This document shows, one piece after another, positions 1 to 12,479 of a stretch of DNA of 32,000 nt. The DNA is from Mycobacterium leprae TN (GTDB lineage Bacteria > Actinomycetota > Actinomycetes > Mycobacteriales > Mycobacteriaceae). Below the pieces are notes generated by a model. It saw only the letters and a program-made list of their open reading frames with translations, ran no database searches and was not told the origin of the DNA. Position 1 is the first letter of the stretch; every line of letters starts with the position of its first letter. Position numbers and translations under genes: made by a program. The stretch spans positions 1,830,001 to 1,862,000 of the forward strand of contig NC_002677.1 of the NCBI RefSeq assembly GCF_000195855.1, read 5' to 3'.

Positions 1-1155
1 AATTCGTCACGCTCCGCCATCAGATCCTCTGCCAACCGTGCGACTTTCTCGACGACTGGCTCACCCGTCATTTTAAGTCACCAGAGTTCCCAAATACCGT
101 ACCGTCGTAATAGGCGTACCTTGAGGCTCTAATGTCATCCAACGACACGGATCTATAGAATCATAGGAAAACACTGTTAGATAAGGTCTTTCGCGGACGC
201 TGATCTCGGCTCTCACCATACGTGGTAAGTACCGTCAATACGGGCAACTTCATCGTCTGTCAATGCACGTTCAGCGAGATCCAACAGATAGCCGAGCCCG
301 CACGCGTCGATAAACAGCACCTGCCCGGATCTATCCAAGCCATACGTTTTGTCCATCGCGAAAACCACAGGAAAACCGGAATCCCGGTGCCGAGAAACAG
401 CTATGCGGGCTTGCTTGATCATTGATAAACATGTTCGCCCTACCGCACGCCATCGTTATTGTCGAGGTTCATCTGTGCTATCCGCCAGGTCTGCTCGGCG
501 CTTTCCCGCCCGTAGATAGCAACATCCGTCGGACTGCCGCCGTGATCACAGATGAACCTCTCGGTCTGCACTAGCACGTCGCCCAAGCCACAGCACAGGT
601 CATACACCCGACCGCTGGATGGTTCGAGAATCTTGACAATTACCGTCACAACACTGGATGGAACGAAGAATTCGCCGCTACGCCATCCTTACTGTGTGAG
701 CTAATTTCCCAAAAAGTTACTTGTCCATCTCCCCCATCAGGCCACGCGCGACACCTGCCATGCAGGCTGAACCGTACACTGCCAAGCAACTCGACCAACT
801 CACCCAGCCCAGGCTGGTCAACGGTCGTATATATCTGCGAAAAAGTACCAACCAGCTCCGGATTAGCCGTCACTATAGCGTCCATTGCCTCATCGATGAG
901 CTGGCCGATGTTCTTGTCTTTTGTGTTGTACGCCAAAAATTTCCAGTGCTCGGATGACGGCACAGCAAACACGTCTTCGGCTCGTTCGTCATCAGCGAAA
1001 GAAATGTATTTGAAAAATACCAAAATAAGGATTACACACTTGTATTAGTTGGCAGGTAGCGACACACGCAACTTGTCCACGGCCTTCCAAAGCGCGTCAT
1101 TGATTTCTTGTACCGTCGACGGTGCCTCCGGATCGTGTTTCTTGCCTGGAGCCAT
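1..1155 (-). pseudogene. hsdM: Type I restriction-modification DNA methyltransferase subunit (HsdM) pseudogene; the 3' end runs off the left edge
   Basis: An ATG at 1153-1155 opens MAPGKKHD..INDALWKAVDKLR, matching the HsdM N-terminal 'LW.A.D.LR' motif. It is followed by minus-strand ORF fragments in different frames (646-1023, 440-649, 213-422). These carry 'FFKYISF', a degenerate SAM motif I 'VYDLCCGLGDVLV' (expected D-P-x-C-G-S-G-G), 'YGRE..TWRIAQMNL' and 'VLFIDA'. The frame is broken several times. Confidence 0.7.
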
Positions 1156-1214
1156 CCAGCGAGTTCCTTTCTATCTTGCTTCGCAGATTAGTTGCATTCA
1201 ATTGCGCGTAACTT

Positions 1215-2413
1215 GCCAGCCAAATCGCTCCGTCGGGACACAGTGACACCATCCCAGCTAGGACGCCCATCTACTCCAGCTCGCTGGCTAGCGCCGTGTT
1301 AACCCAACTACCCAGTACTTGGTTGGCATGCTGGTCATCAAAGAACACACCCATGACACGCAAAAGGGTTGCAGGCTCGGTCGACCGCGAGGTCAACACG
1401 CGCGGCCAACCGGCCGTTTAGCAGCAGCGACCACAAATATATAGCTGTACTGGCGTTTAACCGCTGATGTGTAGATCTCGATGCAGTAGCGAAAGCCGAA
1501 CAGCCACTCCACCCACTGCCAAAAGAAGATCACCGGGTCGAACAGACACAGCAGAGCGGTGCCACGGTCAACGCGTGGCACCGCTTTCGCTGTGTCGCAA
1601 ATATGCCTTGCGCCGACCCCCTGGACAGTGACCGATTCAATCTCACCGGCCGCCACCAGCTCAGCGACACCCAACTTAACCTACTCTCAACCTACCCGGA
1701 AGTAGTCGCGGATGTCGGCTTCAGTACCCATAACTCAGTGCGGTGGCGGTCCGCCGCGTCAACTCACGAACAGCCACGTCGTCAACCTCCCGGGCCCACG
1801 CACTGGCCGGCAACACCCTTTCCACCAAATCCTTAGTGACGAGCTAAACCCACCCAGGTAACTGTGGTGAGCATCCCGAAGGCAAACAGCGGTTCGACAA
1901 CCCACTTAGTGTCGCTGCGATTCTACCAGGAACCCGTTGATGAGCGTGGTGCGGCGGCCAAATGCGCCTCGATCGGCCCTCGGTACTGGGTCAAAGCTCG
2001 CCTATAGCGGCCCACAATGTCGTCAACCGACTGCGGATTGGCCTTGACGATATGACTTGCCCCAGCGGCCATGCCGGTGCTGACACATCCGCCCAGCACA
2101 ACAATGGCCAATCATCGACGGCCATCAGTCCTGCCTCGTGTGCCCAGTACTCCACCAGCAGCAGCACCAAGCGATTACGCTGGACCCCCACGCGGCGCGG
2201 TCCAAAACATCGCGGTTGTACGGCCCAAGTAGGCCAAAAACAGGCGCGTATTGTGCACCCACCGCCAGCAACACCGAATCCAACTGCAGCACCTGGATCC
2301 ACCAGATCAACCGCTTCAAATGCGTACGGTGATTGATCCGGTCGTTTGAGCTCGGCGAAGCCTTGTACCGCGAACGCTACTCGACAGGCCTGTACGGTAG
2401 TAACAGTGCTCAT
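1215..2413 (-). pseudogene. YcaQ/AlkZ-like winged-helix (DUF1006) DNA glycosylase family pseudogene
   Basis: Minus-strand fragments 1991-2428 ('MSTVTTVQACRVAFAVQGF..', 'LVEYWAHEAGLM') and 1393-1674 ('LFDPVIFFWQWVEWLFGFRYCIEIYTSAVKRQYSY') match family signatures as I recall them (fEyWaHeA; fDp..dR.R...LFgFdYriEiY.Pa.KR.yGY). The C-terminal 'ALASELE*MG' carries an in-frame stop and the pieces lie in different frames. The family assignment is from memory and the boundaries are approximate. Confidence 0.5.
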
Positions 2414-2475
2414 GCAAACGCGCCGCAACGATACATGTGGGGATAACCCACCCTACTTGCCGCGGAAAACAGCGC

Positions 2476-2982
2476 TCATGAACGATGATAGCTGTGCAAC
2501 CGGTACCGCAGCCCGGAGCAGCTCACCAGCCACTCTCCCGTCACACCCACCCATGTATCGTCGAGCACCGGGGCCAGCACGTCATCGTCCTCATGAAGCA
2601 GGTAGGTGTCTACCTCGGTGACCCCGCAACGGGTCGCCAGCGGCAACGCAAGCCGGTAGATCTGCTCACCGCCAATCACCCACATCTCAGGCTCGGTCTC
2701 GAGATTGGAAATGGTCTCTTCGAGAGAACCGAACACCTCCGCTCCCTCAGCCATAAAGTCAATTTGTCGGCTCAACACGATATTTCGGCGGCCTGGCAGC
2801 GGGCGAACCCCAACCGGCAACGAATCCCAGGTCCGTCGGCCCATCACCACCGGGTGACCCATCGTCAGCTGTTTGAAGCGAGTCAGATCCTCAGGCACTC
2901 GCCATGGCATGCCGCCGTCGCGCCCAATCACACCCGTCGTCGACTGAGCCCAGATCAGGCCCACCACCGTCATACGCACCAC
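2476..2982 (-). CDS. folA: Dihydrofolate reductase
   Basis: Uninterrupted 168-aa ORF with DHFR signatures '[18 protein letters not shown]', '[10 protein letters not shown]', '[10 protein letters not shown]' and 'WVIGGEQIY'. The C-terminal '[12 protein letters not shown]' is as in Mtb DfrA (Rv2763c) from memory. It lies 43 nt downstream of thyA. The true start may be the ATG at 2973 (MTVVGLIW). Confidence 0.95.
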   Translation of the reverse strand: MVRMTVVGLIWAQSTTGVIGRDGGMPWRVPEDLTRFKQLTMGHPVVMGRRTWDSLPVGVRPLPGRRNIVLSRQIDFMAEGAEVFGSLEETISNLETEPEMWVIGGEQIYRLALPLATRCGVTEVDTYLLHEDDDVLAPVLDDTWVGVTGEWLVSCSGLRYRLHSYHRS

Positions 2983-3025
2983 TCCTCGATCCCAGCCATG
3001 CTGGCACCATCATCGTCGGCGCGCG

Positions 3026-3826
3026 TCATATCGCGACTGGGGCTTTGATCGCCGGGTGCGGATCATAATTCGTGACGACGACGTCCTCGTAGACATAGTC
3101 GAAGATAGAATCACGCTGCGCTAAAAAGAGTTCTGGATATGCTCGGGGTTCGCGGCTGAGCTGCAGCTGTACCTGCTCGACATGGTTGTCGTAGATGTGG
3201 CAATCACCGCCCGTCCAGACGAACTCACCAACCAAAAGACCGGACTGGGCGGCCATCATGTGGGTCAGAAGCGCGTAACTGGCGATGTTGAACGGCACAC
3301 CAAGGAACATGTCGGCGCTGCGCTGGTACAGCTGGCAACTCAGCCGGCCTTGAGCGACGTAGAATTGGAAAAACGCGTGACATGGTGGCAGCGCCATCTG
3401 CGGGATTTCACCGACATTCCAAGCCGACACAATGATGCGCCGAGAATCCGGTTCGGTACGCAGCAAATCCAGTGCGGTGCTGATTTGGTCGATGTAATCA
3501 CCCGAAGAGGTCGGCCAAGATCGCCACTGCACACCATAAATCGGCCCGAGGTCGCCTGTGCTGCTAGCCCACTCATCCCAGATATTAACTCCATGCTCAT
3601 GCAACCAGGCGACGTTGGAGTCGCCGCGCAAGAACCACAACAACTCGTAGACAACCGATTTGAAGTGCACCTTTTTCGTCGTAACTAGCGGGAACCCAAC
3701 CGACAGGTCGTAACGCAACTGCTGACCAAACAGACTGCGAGTCCCGGTGCCGGTGCGGTCCATTTTGGCTACGCCGCAGTCAAGCACGAGACGCAGCAAA
3801 TCCTCGTATGGCGTCGCTATCAGCAC
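3026..3826 (-). CDS. thyA: Thymidylate synthase (ThyA type)
   Basis: Uninterrupted 266-aa ORF with 'LWFLRGDSN', '[10 protein letters not shown]', 'SAWNVGE', the catalytic Cys context '[13 protein letters not shown]', '[20 protein letters not shown]' and 'GDCHIYDNH'. Confidence 0.97.
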
Positions 3827-3932
3827 GCAGCCAGTTTAGCGGCGGTCGCAAGCACAGCGAAGCCAGGCGCGGCGGATCGACGCCAACAAGCCAATGAATT
3901 TACGCCGCGCCACGAAGAGTAGAACAGAGAAC

Positions 3933-4680
3933 ATGCCGAACCGCACCGACAGTCTCACTACGTCCGACAGCCGTTACCCCTCCCAGTTGATCATCCCCGA
4001 AGAGACGGGCCCTGGCCCAGCGTGGTCGTGTACCCCGACGCCAGCAGCGTACGCAACATTTTACTAGAGGGCGACGAAGCTGGCCGGGTTCGGCTACGCA
4101 GTGCTGCTGCCCGACGTGTACTACCACCATGCACCACGGCGACTGGGCCCCGATCAACATTGCAGCAGCATTCCGCGACGCGAAAGAACGCAAACGGGTA
4201 ACGGACATGATGGAAAGCGTCACATTGGAGACGATGGCCAGCGACGCCGGCGCCTTCTTCGACTATATTCACTGCTTGCCCCGGGGTAACCGGGGAGCAG
4301 TTCGACGTATACGGCTATTGAATGGGGTGGGCGAATTTCAGTGGTGATAGCGGGGCAACAACCAGACCGCGTTGCCTGCCGCCTTCCTTCCACAGTGACA
4401 GCCTGGTGGCCAACACCACGGACAGACCTACACTTGCTGACCAACCGGATGAGGGCGACGGCCTACGTGGACGGTACCGAAGAATAATATGCGTTCACCC
4501 CGAACCACGCCACACAACTCTACAAAGCGCTGACGGCGGCCAGCGTTACCCAACACTATGGCCCGATGATACTCGGGGGTCTGCGGGTTCATAGTAGCAG
4601 ACCACTCACCGTATGATGCCGCCGCACGGCACTGGACAGCAATGACCGATCTATTCGGCTTGGGGTGTTACCGCGTTAAA
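3933..4680 (+). pseudogene. Dienelactone hydrolase family pseudogene (Rv2765-like by position)
   Basis: The ATG at 3933 opens MPNRTDS... The reading then needs several frame changes: 'GFGYAVLLPDVYY', 'DWAPINIAAAFRDAKERKRVTDMM', 'ASDAGAFFDYI'. The nucleophile-region motif G-Y-C-M-G-G reads 'VYGY*MGW', with an in-frame TGA at 4319-4321 in place of Cys. Later come 'SFHSDSLV' and the C-terminal 'AAARHWTAMTDLF'. Confidence 0.7.
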
Positions 4681-4737
4681 GCTAGCGGTGCCGCGGAGGC
4701 ATCGTCAGTGCACAGTAACCGACCGGCGCTAAATAGA

Positions 4738-5750
4738 TCACAAAACCGAAAGGTCCACCAATTCGGCCAGTCGGGACCGACAACGGTAGACAACGCCAAA
4801 GACCAACTGGCCGCTCTTGGCCCAATTCAGGTTGGGTGCGCCGGAATACTCTAACGCCATTCCAGTGTTGTCGTGAGGCTGTACGCGCTCATCCACGACA
4901 TGAACAGAGGGAGCCTACGCGACGGTCGTGTTTGCATCGTCTCTGGCGCACGTATCGGCGGTGTAGCGGACAGCGACCGTAGCACCCCTGTACCGACCAC
5001 AAACCACAGATCCGCGAGATGGTGCTTGATCGCCTGATATTGAGCCGATCGTACAGCCTAATTGCTTGCACTGCCTGGCGTAAGCCAATACGGTGTCAAA
5101 CACCACTGCGCGACCCCAAGTTGCTCGGGGATTAGCAACGCCGCCCCGATCTCTAGAGCTGCCGACACGACCGCATACCCCCTGCCTACCCACGACAATG
5201 CCGCCGCCGAGAACCAAACGTCGGCAAGAAGTCTGGTCATACCCAGGGCTAGCACCGGATGAAACATCAGTTTTCACGGGCGGCCGCGACACTACGGACG
5301 GACCCAGTCAGACCATCGGAGGGCCAATACTGACCTCGGCGACCGAATCTCCCGGCGCGGTGCACAGCGGCACCACCAGCGCCGTGGTGACCGTACCCTG
5401 AGCCAGCGCCGACACGGTTTCGGTGTCGCCAGCCTGCAATAACACAACGGTGGCGAGCACAGTGCTGGACAATCACGGGACCAGCGTGACGGCCCGACCA
5501 ATCTCCTCCATCACGATCGCGACCTCACGAACATCCGCACCACCGCCACCAAACGACTCAGGCACCAACACCCCAACATCCCAGCTCAACGGCTGCTCTT
5601 CGCCAAACTTCTGACAGAACTGCAGAACAAAGGAATCCGAGTCATATGTGCGAATGATCGATTCCGGTGGACACTTTTCTACGAACAAAGCTACGCACGT
5701 TGTTGCGCAATGATTCCTAGATGTCCGAGTACAGCAGGTCGCCCATGCTC
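4738..5750 (-). pseudogene. Acyl-CoA dehydrogenase pseudogene (downstream copy of a tandem pair)
   Basis: N-terminal fragment 5473-5688 reads 'FGEEQPLSWDVGVLVPESFGGGGADVREVAIVMEEIGRA' (ACAD 'lGelGllg..vPe.yGG.G'). The middle reads 'DTVLAYARQCKQLGCTIGSISGDQ' (Y...R.QFG.pIgsfQ). The C-terminus reads 'VQPHDNTGMALEYSG..' with a stop at 4738-4740. The pieces are in different frames and the total is shorter than a normal ACAD. Confidence 0.65.
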
Positions 5751-5777
5751 ATCTATCTAGATCCTTCCATGTCACTT

Positions 5778-6953
5778 CATTTGTCGACACGATATTCGTC
5801 GGGCAATCCGAGAATCCGCTTGGCGAGCGTATTGTGCAAGATTTCCGAAGTGCCACCCTATAATCGAGTTGCTGCGTGCGCACAGGTAGCGGTAACCGGA
5901 CTCACACCCGATCAGGTCGATAATTTCTGATCGGCGCATGATCCAATCGTCGTAATTCAGTCCGGATTCGGCATGCAGATCGAGCTCAAAAACCGAGGTA
6001 GTTTACACCAGAAAAGCTTCTAAAGTATACTTTGACGCAGGAACCTTCAGGTCCGGGCTTACCCTTCTGAATACTTTTGTCCCACTACTACAACCGTTAA
6101 CCCGCCAGCCAAAGAACCTCTGCTTCGACCCACAGTAGCATTAGCGCGTTGCGCATCGCAGGGTTACTCAGGCCCCCAACTGGTCTCGTCAAGGTGCGGT
6201 GACCTTGCCGATATTACCGTCTTACAGAGGTACGCCGGAGCGAGAGCCGATCGTGACGCGCTCCGTTGTTGAGCGCGGTAGTCGCAACCCGCTAGCCGCC
6301 GCCCTACAGGCCGAACCAAGTCGCATCAGGCACCCGGACGTCGGTGGAGAATACTTTCGTTGAACTCCGCCTCACCAGTGGTCTGGCGCAGCGACCGAAT
6401 TTCTCCTCTCAGTTGCGTAACGTCGCACAGAAAATAAGTCAAAACAGCGTATTTAGGCTACCGTCGGACCGGTGCGCGGAACCAGGATAGTCTTTTAGCG
6501 TGCCACGCCATCAACGTCCATATCTTTTGCTCATTGACGATCCAGTCATCGGAGTGATAGCACGGCTCGCACACTGCGGGTCACCACCGCCACCAAGTCC
6601 GATCCCACACCTGGATCATTGAGCAGTTGGCAATACCAACGAATAACGGAAGCAGGAACTTTTGCTTCTATTCATCGATCCCAAACTGGGCAATGGTCGA
6701 CGCCGCTACACCAATCCCGATACAGTTCTTTCCACCGCCCGCCGAGGGCGCTGCCGTCAACGACCAACTGGACATCAACCTGCTCCTGAGTGGCCTGCAG
6801 AAGAACCAGCCCACCGTTGCTTGGTAGAAAGTGAACCCAGTCCAGCTCCAGATCGAACCACGCACCAAGGAAATCGCACAGTTCGTTGATGGCAGGGTTG
6901 TGCTCCTCGAGGAGCAACTTCATCCACGCATCTAGGTCGACGGCAATACTCAT
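5778..6953 (-). pseudogene. Acyl-CoA dehydrogenase pseudogene (upstream copy of a tandem pair)
   Basis: The C-terminus reads 'GGTSEILHNTLAKRILGLPDEYRVDK' followed by a stop at 5778-5780. The N-terminus is 'MSIAVDLDAWMKLLLEE' from the ATG at about 6953. The interior 'RWYCQLLNDPGVGSDLVAV' corresponds to 'iWCQlfSEPgaGSDLa' but is reached only through stops and frameshifts. No long ORF survives between 5930 and 6670. Confidence 0.7.
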
Positions 6954-7024
6954 TGCTTGGCTCGCGGCTGAACGCGGAATCCCTGATACATTGCCGAGCA
7001 ATAGACCACCGTCTCGCCGATGAT

Positions 7025-7703
7025 CTAACTAAACGTGTCCCGAAATGAGAAAGAAAACTGGACCCGGCACACCAACTCTTCCGAACGTGATGATCGCCAC
7101 AAGTGAATTTTCGTGGTCTTTCCAGATGGCCTAAGCCAGCCTAGTACGAACGACGCCGGGGCAGACCAAAGTGACTCGAATAGCTGACGAACGTTCCAGC
7201 GCAATTGCTTGGTGACACAGATAAGCGCCTCCTTGGTGCATTGCACATACCCATCACTGGCGATGGGTATGTGCCGCCGACGGAGCCGGTAGTGACCACC
7301 ACGCAGCCATGCTCACCCATCCATGCTTTCACGACGAGTGAGGGCCACAGCAGCGGAGTCCACAAGTTGACATCGAAATCTTAGCGAAGCAAGCGTGGTC
7401 CTGCTCGACCAGCGGACCATACCCAGGGATTGATTCCCACGTTGTTGACCAAGATGCCCACATCGCCGAAGCTCCAGCACGCGCTCGACGCAATGTCACG
7501 CAGCATCTCCTCGTCGACCGCGTGAACGCCAACGCCCCATCACCGACTTGTGATGCGGCCGCCTCCGCTGCCTCTTGCTTGCGGACGGTGAACATCCACA
7601 TTGGCCGCCGACAGCCGCGAACTGTTGGACGATCACCAGCCCGATGCCGCGCGGACACTCCGGTAATTATGACTGTCCGACCGGTCAGATCCAGGCAGGT
7701 CAT
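7025..7703 (-). pseudogene. Short-chain dehydrogenase/reductase (FabG-like) pseudogene
   Basis: ORF 7329-7703 opens 'LDLTGRTVIITGVSARHRAG', a degraded T-G-x3-G-I-G Rossmann motif. It continues in another frame (7141-7365) with 'GCVVVTTGSVGGTY..PVMGMCNAPRRRL', where S-x-G and Y-x3-K would lie. The frames are broken. Confidence 0.65.
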
Positions 7704-7819
7704 TTGATATGCTTTCTGTTAATTTGATGCCGAATCTCGTCAGCGGAGGGCACCGGTTGCACCCCGGTCTCTCGTTCCATGTTTTTCAGCCGCCTATATA
7801 GGGTAAACAGCCATAATGT

Positions 7820-8110
7820 TTAGTTAGTCAGATTAACTCTGATAAAACAACTGACAAGAACCGAGGTTGTTACTGCGGCGATGGCCGTCCACAGCCTCAG
7901 TCGAGGTTTTTGCGGCTGGCCCAGCAACGACCTACCATTACCAAGGCCATTCATTTTGTCCCTACGGACGACCCGGGCGGAGGTGACTGCGACAACACCA
8001 ACTGCGGCTCCGGAGGCCAAAACGGAGACCCCGGCGGCGGAGGCCGGAGCCATATCGACGACAGCCGCCGGGGTGGCCAATGCTTCAGGCTGTGTAGTCA
8101 GGAATGACAT
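7820..8110 (-). pseudogene. PE-family remnant (probably non-functional)
   Basis: The ORF opens with the PE signature 'MSFLTTQPEALA'. The second half (RRDKMNGLGNGRSLLGQPQKPRL...) no longer resembles the PE helix-2 or 'SYAATEAANA' end. No PPE partner is recognisable next to it. Confidence 0.5.
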
Positions 8111-8453
8111 TCCGTGCTCATCGTGTGAGACATGCCAACCAGTAAAGATACTTAGTTCGTATGTACGGCCAGCTTTGTCAGATATATTTCCTGGTCATAC
8201 CTTGTGCGTCCCAAAAAGGCTAACGACCCGCAGCGACGTAACCCCACCACCGACAGACTCCGATAAAGGTGTTTTTACGGGTTCTTAACACATGTTCCCA
8301 GCAGATTTAACACGGCCTTATCGGATTAGGCTATCTAATGTCAAGCAACCACACAGGAACGAGTCATAGGCCGCGCGGTTCTTAGGTGTAGGTGCAATCG
8401 CCTGCACCGGTGCGCAGTGTTAAGCGCGCCAATGCAGCTTTCACTTTTAGAAA

Positions 8454-9995
8454 CTATTTGTCCGAATGTGCCCGCAGCCGGACGATCCGTGCTGTTGCGG
8501 TAGCCGACCCGCTCACCGCCTGACCAGACCCACACCAACCTGCCTGCGGCAGCTTGCCCGTGAACAGTTTGCTATCGGCATTACGCGGCGACGCGTTGTC
8601 CACTACAACGACATATTGCGGCGCCTTTAAAGTCGCGCAAGCTACCCCCGACAGTTGTCAAGAACCACCATCACGGTCACGTCAATCTGTTCTGTACCGC
8701 GAAACAGCTCCGTTCTATACATTCTCCCCCATGAGGTGGTCAGGCACCGCCAACACACGGGAGTCCGCAACATGCGGATTCGCCAGCAACACCTCCCAGA
8801 CCTCGATGCTGGAGAGGTTTTCGCCGCCCCGGTTGATGACATCCTTAAAACGATATGATATCGTACACCCGACCTAAGTAGTTAACCCGAGCCATGTCGT
8901 CGGTGTGTAACCCACCCGTCCTCGATGCAGATCGAGGTGGCCTGAGTCCGGTTCCAGTAGTCTGGTCGTCAGATTTCGCCGCACACTACACCAACCCGGC
9001 CACACCCGTGTTGTGACCGTCAGAGACCACACCAAGATCCACCGAGGGGACCCGCAACCCCACCGAATCGGTATACCCCACAGCATCCTAGTCAGGCAGG
9101 GCGGTCATCAGCGCAGCAGTCTCGATCATCCCGTATCCGTTGAACACCGTGTCCTACGGTAAAACGCTTTTCACCCGATGCACGAGAGACGGGGCGACGA
9201 TGCCCCATCATAGACTAACCAGCACACACCGGAGACGTCTACGGCCGCAAAACCTTTGTGTCGTTTCGCAACAAGAACAATTAGACCATGGGGACGGTAA
9301 CCAATGAACGAAATGTGCTCTGCAGGCAGTGCTGCGATCAACCCGTCGATCATCGATACGAGCATGATCACCGCCCTCCAAGATTCGCTGCCACCAACAG
9401 CTGCGAGTTGCAGCCGGTCACGTGGAACAACGGCACCAAGATCAACGTACGCAGCTCCTCACCGAGATCCCTTGACTGACAGAGACATCGGATCGTGTTC
9501 TCGGTATTGGTCAGGAAAGCCACGTGGGTGGTCAACACCCCTTTGAGGTGGACCGGTAGTACCCGAGTTGTAGAACAGCGCAGCGGCGTCTGTGTGGCGA
9601 AAATGATGAGTCACGTACGGTTGGCTGTCGGGTAACGCGGTCTCCCGTACCAGCTCCACCCGGGCACCTGCGTAGGACAAGATAAACTCGACTTAAGGCT
9701 GCACCGATCGAGTATTGACCGGTACCGCAACGCCGACGGCCATCACGGTGCCCCAAAACGCCAGCACCTAAGGCGACTCGTGGAGCACGCTGCCACAATT
9801 GCCGGTAGATCATTTGGTCACCACCCCAGCTCAACTATGGCATCACCGTTTGGGCGGTTGTCGACCTGCTCGGCAAACATGTTCAGCAGCTTGGCGGGCA
9901 AGCAATCGCAGTACGGGATGAGTGTTGCGGTCGCGGGAAACTCACGTCACCGCAAACGGATTGCTGCCACGGGAGATGTCAATAGCAGCAGGCAT
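8454..9995 (-). pseudogene. AMP-dependent acyl-CoA synthetase/ligase (FadD-like) pseudogene
   Basis: Reading the minus strand across frames gives an N-terminal 'LLNMFAEQVDNRPNGDAIV'. The AMP-binding motif is degraded to 'FYNSGTTGPPQRGV' (T-S-G-T-T-G-x-P-K-G-V). Further on come 'LVPLFHVTGC', 'DGWVTHRRHG' (GW..TGD), 'FKDVINRGGENLSSIEVWEVLLANPHVADSRVLAVPD' and the terminal 'GKLPQ'. Many stops interrupt it. Length is about 1.5 kb, as expected for the family. Confidence 0.7.
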
Positions 9996-10010
9996 GCCCG
10001 CTCCTTCCGG

Positions 10011-10473
10011 TCATTCCATTAGCATCGCGGCAAGCGTGCCACCCAATTCGTGGGCTCGTTCGCACACCATGGCATCGACAGGACCGACGACCTCCAGGAC
10101 GTCTGCAGCATGAGTCAGCGACAACCCGGTAGCAAGCTTGCCTACGGCGACCGCGGCGCCGACGGTGTCGTTGTTGCCATGCACCCACAAGCCGTAGGGA
10201 CGTCCCGACACGTGGTCCAGAATCGGGTAGTAAACGGTGTCAAAGAAGTGCTTAAGCGCCCCGGACATGTAGCCGAAGTTGGCGGTGGTGCCAAACAAGT
10301 AGCCGTCGGCGTTAAGCATGTCCGGGATAGTCGCGGCCAGCGCCGGTCGGGAAACCACTTCTACACCGTCGATCTCGGAGTCGTTGGCTCCGGCAAGCAC
10401 TGCCTCCAGCAGCTCGCGGGTAGTCGGCGACGGGGTATGGTGCACCACCAGCAGCGTCTTAGTCATTGGCAGG

Positions 10474-10487
<14 letters not shown>
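10011..10487 (-). CDS. Flavodoxin-like fold NAD(P)H-dependent oxidoreductase, conserved mycobacterial protein (Rv2771c-like by position)
   Basis: Uninterrupted ORF with 'KTLLVVHHTPSP' and 'YLFGTTANFGYMSGALKHFFD', typical of flavodoxin-like reductases. It is the last gene of the dapB block. The likely true start is the ATG at 10466 (MTKTLLVV), 7 nt after the upstream stop, rather than 10487. Confidence 0.8.
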
Positions 10488-11743
<1,256 letters not shown>

Positions 11744-12479
11744 TTAGCCTGCCGCGGCAAACCAGTCACAGGCACGGTCCACTTGGTGTTCACTGCAAAA
11801 CAAGAATATAACGGTGCAGCTCGTCGGGTCACAGCGAAAGTACGTCTTTAAACCGACGGAAAACGCCTTTTCCGCTTATCGCGGCCCCGAGTTAGAGTGT
11901 CCACTCGTAGCGATGAAGCGATGAACAACTCCCAATATCCTCCGGTATCCCGCTCACGAGCCTATGCACTCCAAAAATAGAGTCAGCAGCCCTCACCCTC
12001 GTCGAGACTGTCGTCTTTGTAGTCCGAGCCTGCGACCCACAAATAACCGGTCTTGAGGTCGATCCAGCCACCACCCCACACGGGACTTCCTTACAATAAG
12101 AAACGCCAGCTGATCCAGGTCGACTGGCCACAGACGAAGCATTGGCGTAGGGCTTTGGTTGAAGATTGCTACAAGTTGATCGGCCAACTCTTTCGTCCCC
12201 CGCTCAGGTGTACTCGTTTAGCGCAGCCATACACTTATCCGATTAGTCCAGCCGCGTCTGGTACATGCTGGACAACGGTGTCCCGGAGGTCATCACCTGC
12301 GAGCTGAAGGACCTCGTAGGTGAGCAGCTTGCGCCCAGTCTCAACAACAGACCCGTTACCGGTCAGTATCGCTGCACACAGTGCTTTCACGGCGTTTACA
12401 TCCCACGTCCGCTGAACGCAACGGTAATGGAGCAGTCACGCGAGATCACAGAACGAGCTCCACGATCGTATTCGCGGAT

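Noticed and set aside
2485-3048. 187-aa plus-strand ORF covering the folA region
   Set aside because: It lies exactly antisense to the well-supported DHFR gene. It is Arg/His/Pro-rich with no motifs. This is a typical shadow ORF of GC-rich DNA.
3182-3688. 168-aa plus-strand ORF inside thyA
   Set aside because: It is antisense to thymidylate synthase and has no recognisable domain or RBS. It is a shadow ORF.
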